Under the pieces are notes generated by a model. It was not told where the DNA came from. It saw nothing but the letters and a program-made list of their open reading frames with translations, and searched no databases. Both the position numbers and the translations under genes were made by a program. Below are positions 58,814 to 64,000 of a stretch of 64,000 bases of DNA, one piece after another. Numbering within the stretch: the first letter of the stretch is position 1; each line of letters opens with the position of its first letter. Origin of the DNA: Nitrospira sp. (GTDB taxonomy: Bacteria > Nitrospirota > Nitrospiria > Nitrospirales > Nitrospiraceae); NCBI GenBank assembly GCA_047150005.1, contig AP038806.1, forward strand, positions 448,001 through 512,000, written 5' to 3'.

Positions 58814-59589
58814 TAGGCGGGACCCCGAGAAGCCGTGGGCGTTCTCGTCGCATCCCACAGCTTCGCGTACTTGACGAAGGTGTACATGCTGGCGAAGAGG
58901 CACACGATCAACCCGCGGACTCCGTCCCGGTAGCCTCGCTTGAGCAGATAGGTCTTGAGGAACACGACCAGCGGACGAGCCAAGAGGTCCCGGTGACGCA
59001 CGGTCCGGACCGTCTTGCCCTTTTCGCGCGCGGCCAGCGTCGTATAGAGACCGAACTTCCGGAAGTGGTCGTCGATACGACGCTCGGTCTGGTGCTCGAA
59101 GGGCTGGATCAGCTTTCCGATTGCTCCGCGCACGATCAGATTTTCATGCACCGGCACGTCGTTGTAGGCCGCCGTTCCCTTGCGGACCAAACGGATCTGA
59201 TAGTCGGGATACAGGCCGGCGTGGCGAACCCAGGCGCCGTAGTAGAAATTCCTCCGAGGGATCTCGTAGGCGACCGGATCTTCGTCCTTCCACCGGCTCA
59301 GAAGCGAGCGGATCTCCTCTGCGAGTAGAACCGGAACCCGCTCGTCCGCGTCGACGATGAGGATCCAATCGGACGCGGCCCGCTCCATGCCGAAGTTCTT
59401 CTGGGGCCCGAAGCCGGGCCAGGGCCGCACCACCACGTCGGCGCCGGCGGCGCGTGCCAACTCGACCGTCCGGTCCGTGCTTTCCGCATCGATGACGAGG
59501 CGCTCCGAGGCCCAGTCGAGCGACGCGAGGCAATCGGAGATGTTGGCTTCCTCGTTCTTGGTAATGATCAGCGCGGTCACGGTCGGCAC
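58813..59589 (-). CDS. Glycosyltransferase family 2 (LPS core KdtX/WaaE-like)
   Basis: ITKNEE, GFGPQKN, DADER, YPDYQ and VHE motifs. Confidence 0.9.
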   Translation of the reverse strand: MPTVTALIITKNEEANISDCLASLDWASERLVIDAESTDRTVELARAAGADVVVRPWPGFGPQKNFGMERAASDWILIVDADERVPVLLAEEIRSLLSRWKDEDPVAYEIPRRNFYYGAWVRHAGLYPDYQIRLVRKGTAAYNDVPVHENLIVRGAIGKLIQPFEHQTERRIDDHFRKFGLYTTLAAREKGKTVRTVRHRDLLARPLVVFLKTYLLKRGYRDGVRGLIVCLFASMYTFVKYAKLWDATRTPTASRGPA

Positions 59590-59607
59590 GGGCTGCTCCT
59601 CTCGCGA

Positions 59608-60609
59608 TCACGACAGACGGGACGCAGCCGGCGGGCCCAGCCTGGCGAACTGCCGGCGATACCGTTCGACCACCAGCTGCGGCGGCATCCAGAGCCGCCG
59701 CCACGCGCTCAGCCGATCGAGCTCCAGCGCGAGCTTTTTGAACGGCTTGCGGAGACGGCGGGTGACGGATTCCCGGAGGCCGGAACGCGCGAAATCCTCC
59801 GGCTTGCACCAGAGATCGGCCTGCTCGCGCTTGTCCCATTTCTGATCGATCGACCACCGTTCGTGTGTACAGGCGAACGGCTCCCGCTTGCTCTTGACCG
59901 TCGCACGGATGAAATGATGCACGAACGTGGCGCCGAGCACCATGCACCGGCGCAGGTCTCCGGTGGTGAGCTCCCGCTTGCGCAACGTGTAGTAGAGATC
60001 CCAGTCCGCCGCCTGCACACGCTCGTCGAGCCCGCCGATTTTCTCGTAGGCCGACCGGCGGATCATGACGCAGGACCCGACGATGCCCTCGAAGACCGTG
60101 TCGGAGAAAGCTCGATGCACTTCCTCGCAATAGCGTTCCCAATCTCCGTACATCACCTGCACCATCGTGCGGAGCCGATCGAGCGGCTTGCCGCTGGACA
60201 GGCGCCCCTGGCCGATGGCGGCCCAGCGCCCCTGCATCCAATCGGTCAAGGCCGGGCTGGGCATCATCTCCAACCCCAGCGGCGACGCCACGTCGAGCCC
60301 ATGACGGTCCATGGCCTCGACCAGCCGACCGTTCCATCCGGGGGCAACGTACAGATCGTTATTGATGTGGCACAACAGGTCGCCCCGCGCCGCGCGCGAG
60401 CCGAGGTTCATCGACTCCGGATAACAGAGGTTCCGGTCGTTGCGGATCACCCGGCATCCGCCCGCCTCGAAAAATTCGGCGGAGCCGTCCGTCGAGTGGT
60501 TGTCGATGACAATCACCTCGTAAGGACCGGTCGTGTAGGCCTTCACGCCCTCCAGGAAGAGCTGGTTGTGGCCCAGCTGGTTGTGCACGGCGACGATGAT
60601 GCTCAGCAT
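59608..60609 (-). CDS. Glycosyltransferase family 2
   Basis: SIIVAVHN, IDNHSTDGS, HINND and GGLDER motifs. Confidence 0.85.
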   Translation of the reverse strand: MLSIIVAVHNQLGHNQLFLEGVKAYTTGPYEVIVIDNHSTDGSAEFFEAGGCRVIRNDRNLCYPESMNLGSRAARGDLLCHINNDLYVAPGWNGRLVEAMDRHGLDVASPLGLEMMPSPALTDWMQGRWAAIGQGRLSSGKPLDRLRTMVQVMYGDWERYCEEVHRAFSDTVFEGIVGSCVMIRRSAYEKIGGLDERVQAADWDLYYTLRKRELTTGDLRRCMVLGATFVHHFIRATVKSKREPFACTHERWSIDQKWDKREQADLWCKPEDFARSGLRESVTRRLRKPFKKLALELDRLSAWRRLWMPPQLVVERYRRQFARLGPPAASRLS

Positions 60610-60624
60610 GGCGTTAACATCCGG

Positions 60625-61470
60625 CTAGCCCCGGAATCCCCGCTTCAGCACCTCGCGGTAGAACCGCGGGGTCAGCCACCGGCTCCGGCGCTCAGCCCAG
60701 CGCTTGGCCCCGCGGATCCGGTCCTGCATCACGGCCGGATGCCGGCCCGAGAATTCCTTGAGGACCGCATAGTCGTCGAATCGGAAGGCGTCCTGCCGGT
60801 AGAGCCCGGCCTGGTCCGCCGGGGGACTGTCCCCGTGATGGCGGCTGATCTGGTCCTTGACCTTCTCCAGCATCACCTTCGGATCCTTGACCCAGCCGTA
60901 GTGAAAAATCCGCGCGCCGGACCAGGCGAGCCATTCCTTGGGGCCGCTCTGCAAATACTGTTGCGTCGGCTTGAAGTGAAACCCCACGGCATCGCCGCAG
61001 GACTCGACCTCGCCGTTGTTCCGGATGACCCGCACCGCCTTGTGATAGAACCAGGGATTCGTGGACCAGTAGTCGGCCACGAAATGCAGATAGCGGAAGA
61101 GGAGTCCCTTGACCGCCGTGTGGCCCAACTCGCGGTGCATGGCGTCTTGAAGCACAAGCAGGTCGTCCTCGTGCATGACTTCATCGGCCTGCATGTAGAG
61201 CGCCCAATCGCCCTTGCAGCGGGCGAGCGCGATGTTCGTCTGCTGCGAATAGATCAGCCCGTCCTTGCGCAGCGTCTCGTCCCAGACCGATTCGACGATT
61301 TTGACCTTGGGATCGCCGAGGGAACGGATCAATTCGAGCGTGCCGTCGTCGCAGCGCCCGACGTTCACGATGAACTCGTCGCAGATCGGCAGCACGGAGC
61401 GGATGGACTCCACCACCGGGTAGTCGTACTTCACCGCATTGCGACAAAACGTGAAGCCGCTGACTCTCAT
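60625..61470 (-). CDS. Glycosyltransferase family 2-like protein
   Basis: SGFTFCRNA..YDYP, QADEV and HYGWV motifs. Confidence 0.82.
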   Translation of the reverse strand: MRVSGFTFCRNAVKYDYPVVESIRSVLPICDEFIVNVGRCDDGTLELIRSLGDPKVKIVESVWDETLRKDGLIYSQQTNIALARCKGDWALYMQADEVMHEDDLLVLQDAMHRELGHTAVKGLLFRYLHFVADYWSTNPWFYHKAVRVIRNNGEVESCGDAVGFHFKPTQQYLQSGPKEWLAWSGARIFHYGWVKDPKVMLEKVKDQISRHHGDSPPADQAGLYRQDAFRFDDYAVLKEFSGRHPAVMQDRIRGAKRWAERRSRWLTPRFYREVLKRGFRG

Positions 61471-61472
61471 GA

Positions 61473-61502
61473 CAGGTTCAGGTTCAGGTTCAATCTCAAC
61501 CT
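61473..61502. repeat. Hexamer repeat (CAGGTT)3 plus CTCAACCT
   Basis: Same unit as the 9445-9512 repeat. Confidence 0.6.
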
Positions 61503-62248
61503 CTCTTCGTGAGTTCCCAGAACTTCGCGTATTTCATGACGGTGTAATAGGCATAGAGTCCGGAAAGAATCAACCCCGGCATGCCGTCGAGAAAGCCGCG
61601 CCGCTGGACGTACATCTTGGCGAAGGCCGCGAGCGGATGGGTGACGAGCTGCAGGCTCGAGAAGCGGCGTCCCTGTTCGACCATCCGCTCGGCCATCAGC
61701 GTCGAGTACCGGTTCTGCTTCTGGATGTAATGGTCGAGGTCCCGGAACGGATATTGGAGGGCCGGCTGCGTCAGATGCGCGACCGGTCCGTCGCACTCGA
61801 AACTCTCGTGGACCAACTCGTCCCGGTAACGGAAGCGGCTCCTACGGAACAATTGCGGCTGGCGGTAGTCGGGATACCAGCCGCAATGCTTGATCCAGCG
61901 GTCGAGAAAGTAGTTCTTCCGCGGCACGAAGTAGGCGTCGGCCCCGGGCCCCTGCTCGAGCAGGCGGCGGATTTCCTCTCGCAATTCCGGCGTCATCCGC
62001 TCGTCGCTGTCCAGACTGAATACCCAGTCGTGCGAGCAATAGGCCATCGCCTGGTTGCGCAGCCGGCCGAATCCGTTGAACTCGACCTGGTAGACCTGGT
62101 CCGTGAATTCGCGGGCGATCGCGGCCGTGCGGTCGGTGCTGTGCGAATCGACGACGACGAGCTCATCCGCCCCTGCGACCGACTCCAGGCAGGCCCGCAT
62201 GTTGGGCTCGTCGTTGTAGGCGATGACGTAGACGGAATAGCGGGGCAT
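61496..62248 (-). CDS. Glycosyltransferase family 2 (LPS core KdtX/WaaE-like)
   Basis: DSHSTDRT, DSDER, WYPDY and VHE motifs; paralog of 58813-59589. Confidence 0.9.
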   Translation of the reverse strand: MPRYSVYVIAYNDEPNMRACLESVAGADELVVVDSHSTDRTAAIAREFTDQVYQVEFNGFGRLRNQAMAYCSHDWVFSLDSDERMTPELREEIRRLLEQGPGADAYFVPRKNYFLDRWIKHCGWYPDYRQPQLFRRSRFRYRDELVHESFECDGPVAHLTQPALQYPFRDLDHYIQKQNRYSTLMAERMVEQGRRFSSLQLVTHPLAAFAKMYVQRRGFLDGMPGLILSGLYAYYTVMKYAKFWELTKRG

Positions 62249-62249
62249 G

Positions 62250-63374
62250 TCAGCCGTCCCGTTCGGACACCGCACCGCCCGCCAGATTCCGATAGACCGC
62301 TTCCATCCGGTCCAGCATCTTGTCGATGGAGTAGGACCGTTCCACCAAGGCCCTGCCGTTCGCGCCCAGACGGGACCGCAGCCCGGCATCGCTCAATAAG
62401 AGGGCGATCCGATCCGCCAATGCCGGGCCGTCGCGCGGAGGAACGACGTAGCCGGTTTCGCCGTCGATGACGACGTCGGGAATGGAACCGACCGTCGTGG
62501 AGACGACGGGAATGCCGAGCGCCAGGGCCTGCATCAATACTTGTGGGATCGTGTCCCCTTCGACGGAGGGAATCGCGAAGACGTCCAAAGACCGGAACAC
62601 GTCCAGCAGGTCGTCGCGGAAGCCCAACAGTCTGATCCGCGACGCCCATCCGGACCGGTCGATGCGGCGGCGGATCGACTCCTCTTCCGGCCCCTCGCCG
62701 ACGATCACGAAGGTCACGTCGTCCCGCTGCGCCGCGATCCGCCCGGCCGCCTCGATGAAGTATTCGTGTCCCTTGTACGTGCGCAGATAGGAGATGATGC
62801 CGACCAGCAGATGACCCGGCGGGAGCCCCAATTCGTGCCGGAGGTCGCGGGCGGGAGGCGCGGGCCGAAAGTGCGCGACGTCGAGTCCGATCGGAAAGGC
62901 GGCGACGCGTCCCGGTTCGAGGCCGTCGCGCTCGACCAGGTCCCGCCTGGTCCGCTCGCCGCCGGTCACCACCACCATGTCGAGCAGGCGGCGGTACAAC
63001 AGCTGCGTGGTCATGTTGCGGTTGAGCGGCGTGGAAATGTGCCGGATCCGGATGATCTTCGGCCTGGGCTTCAGCAGACGGACTGCGATGCAGCCGATCC
63101 AGCTGTCCCGGGAACTATTGACCTGGAGAATGGCCGGACGCTCGCGCTGCATGAGCCGCCGCATCGCGAGGATCGCCTGCGGATACCGATTTCGACGCAT
63201 GGAGAGGAGGGTGACCGGGAGCTGTTTCTCTTCCGCCATGGAGGCGATCGGGCTGCCCGGCTCCAGGATCAAGCGCAGCCGATGGCCCCGCTTCACCAAT
63301 CCTTCCGCATGGAGAAGCACGGCCAGTTCCTGGCCACCGACTGCCGTGCTGGATTCTGAAATGAAGAGGTTCAC
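62250..63374 (-). CDS. Glycosyltransferase family 4
   Basis: GGQE, YKGH and PSVEGDTIPQVLMQA motifs. Confidence 0.88.
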   Translation of the reverse strand: MNLFISESSTAVGGQELAVLLHAEGLVKRGHRLRLILEPGSPIASMAEEKQLPVTLLSMRRNRYPQAILAMRRLMQRERPAILQVNSSRDSWIGCIAVRLLKPRPKIIRIRHISTPLNRNMTTQLLYRRLLDMVVVTGGERTRRDLVERDGLEPGRVAAFPIGLDVAHFRPAPPARDLRHELGLPPGHLLVGIISYLRTYKGHEYFIEAAGRIAAQRDDVTFVIVGEGPEEESIRRRIDRSGWASRIRLLGFRDDLLDVFRSLDVFAIPSVEGDTIPQVLMQALALGIPVVSTTVGSIPDVVIDGETGYVVPPRDGPALADRIALLLSDAGLRSRLGANGRALVERSYSIDKMLDRMEAVYRNLAGGAVSERDG

Positions 63375-64000
63375 TAGGATCGCGCCGACCGCCGAGGGAG
63401 ACTTGCCACAACCGAGAAGGCCCGGTCAACCGTAATGTCGGTCAGGCAGGCGAGATGTTTCGAATTCGAGCAGGTCCGGCTGAAGCAGGGACTGCAGGGT
63501 ACCGGATGCATGAGCACCGCATGGTCGGCCCCGTAGGGTCCGGTGCGTAGCGGACTGGTCGGCCCGAACATCGCCGCCACCGGCGTGCCGACGGCGGCGG
63601 CGATATGCATCGGCCCGGAATCGTTCGTGATCAACAGTTCGACCCGGCCGAGGAGGGCCGGCAACAGACCCACCGGCAGCGCGCCGCAGAGATCGAGAGA
63701 CCGGGCCTTCATCAACTTTCGAACCTGCGCGACCTCCGCCCGCTCGTCCGACCCGCCGATGAACAGGACGGAGCCGATTCCCCGCTGGACGACCAAATCG
63801 GACAGCGCGGCGAACGAGGCGATCGGCCACCGCTTCGTGGGCCAGCGCGCGGACACGTTGACCGCGATGAGCCGTTCCCCGGCCGTCCAGCCCGCCTGCC
63901 GCAGCGCCCGCTCCACCGACTCGTGATCCCGATGCGGAATCCGGAACTTGAATTCGGCCGGCCGCGCATCCGCTCCCAACGCCTTGGCCACCAGGAGATA
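63374..64000 (-). CDS. GT9 LPS heptosyltransferase (WaaF-like), 5' part outside the window
   Basis: TKRWP, TNDSGPMHIA, FGPT and CSPC motifs. Confidence 0.85.
   Translation of the reverse strand, partial: YLLVAKALGADARPAEFKFRIPHRDHESVERALRQAGWTAGERLIAVNVSARWPTKRWPIASFAALSDLVVQRGIGSVLFIGGSDERAEVAQVRKLMKARSLDLCGALPVGLLPALLGRVELLITNDSGPMHIAAAVGTPVAAMFGPTSPLRTGPYGADHAVLMHPVPCSPCFSRTCSNSKHLACLTDITVDRAFSVVASLPRRSARS

Overview
GC-rich bacterial window. Gene content and repeat motifs suggest Nitrospira/Nitrospirota, but this is inference only. It is almost entirely one cell-surface glycan (LPS core / O-antigen / EPS) super-cluster on the minus strand. Read in the direction of transcription (right to left), it contains: LPS-core GT9/GT2/GT4 genes (64.0-55.3 kb); a wHTH regulator, a NusG-paralog (UpxY-type) antiterminator, an LhgO-like gene, a decayed WbpB-WbpD fusion and a WbpE-like gene (54.2-49.0 kb); one divergent plus-strand GT4; an ABC-export (Wzm/Wzt) block with a radical SAM enzyme, five methyltransferase-like genes including a WbdD-like terminator, SGNH proteins, asnB and GT4s (47.3-30.1 kb); a lower-GC flippase-type block preceded by HepT and UpxY remnants (30.0-17.8 kb); initiation and ligation genes, rmlA/B/D, kdsC, manC, PMM/PGM, DUF3108, fbp, fbaB and htrA. 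The top finding is an unassigned ~80-90 aa module (H..I...G.G.YSHWG..LYFS.SD.S.P..NGR.Y) found four times in three unrelated enzymes of the ABC block. Other findings include a G9-tract frameshifted GT4, three pseudogene remnants that the ORF track shows only in fragments, a 215-bp MITE-like element with degenerate relatives, hexamer/heptamer intergenic repeats and candidate operators. No rRNA, tRNA, CRISPR array or transposase was seen.
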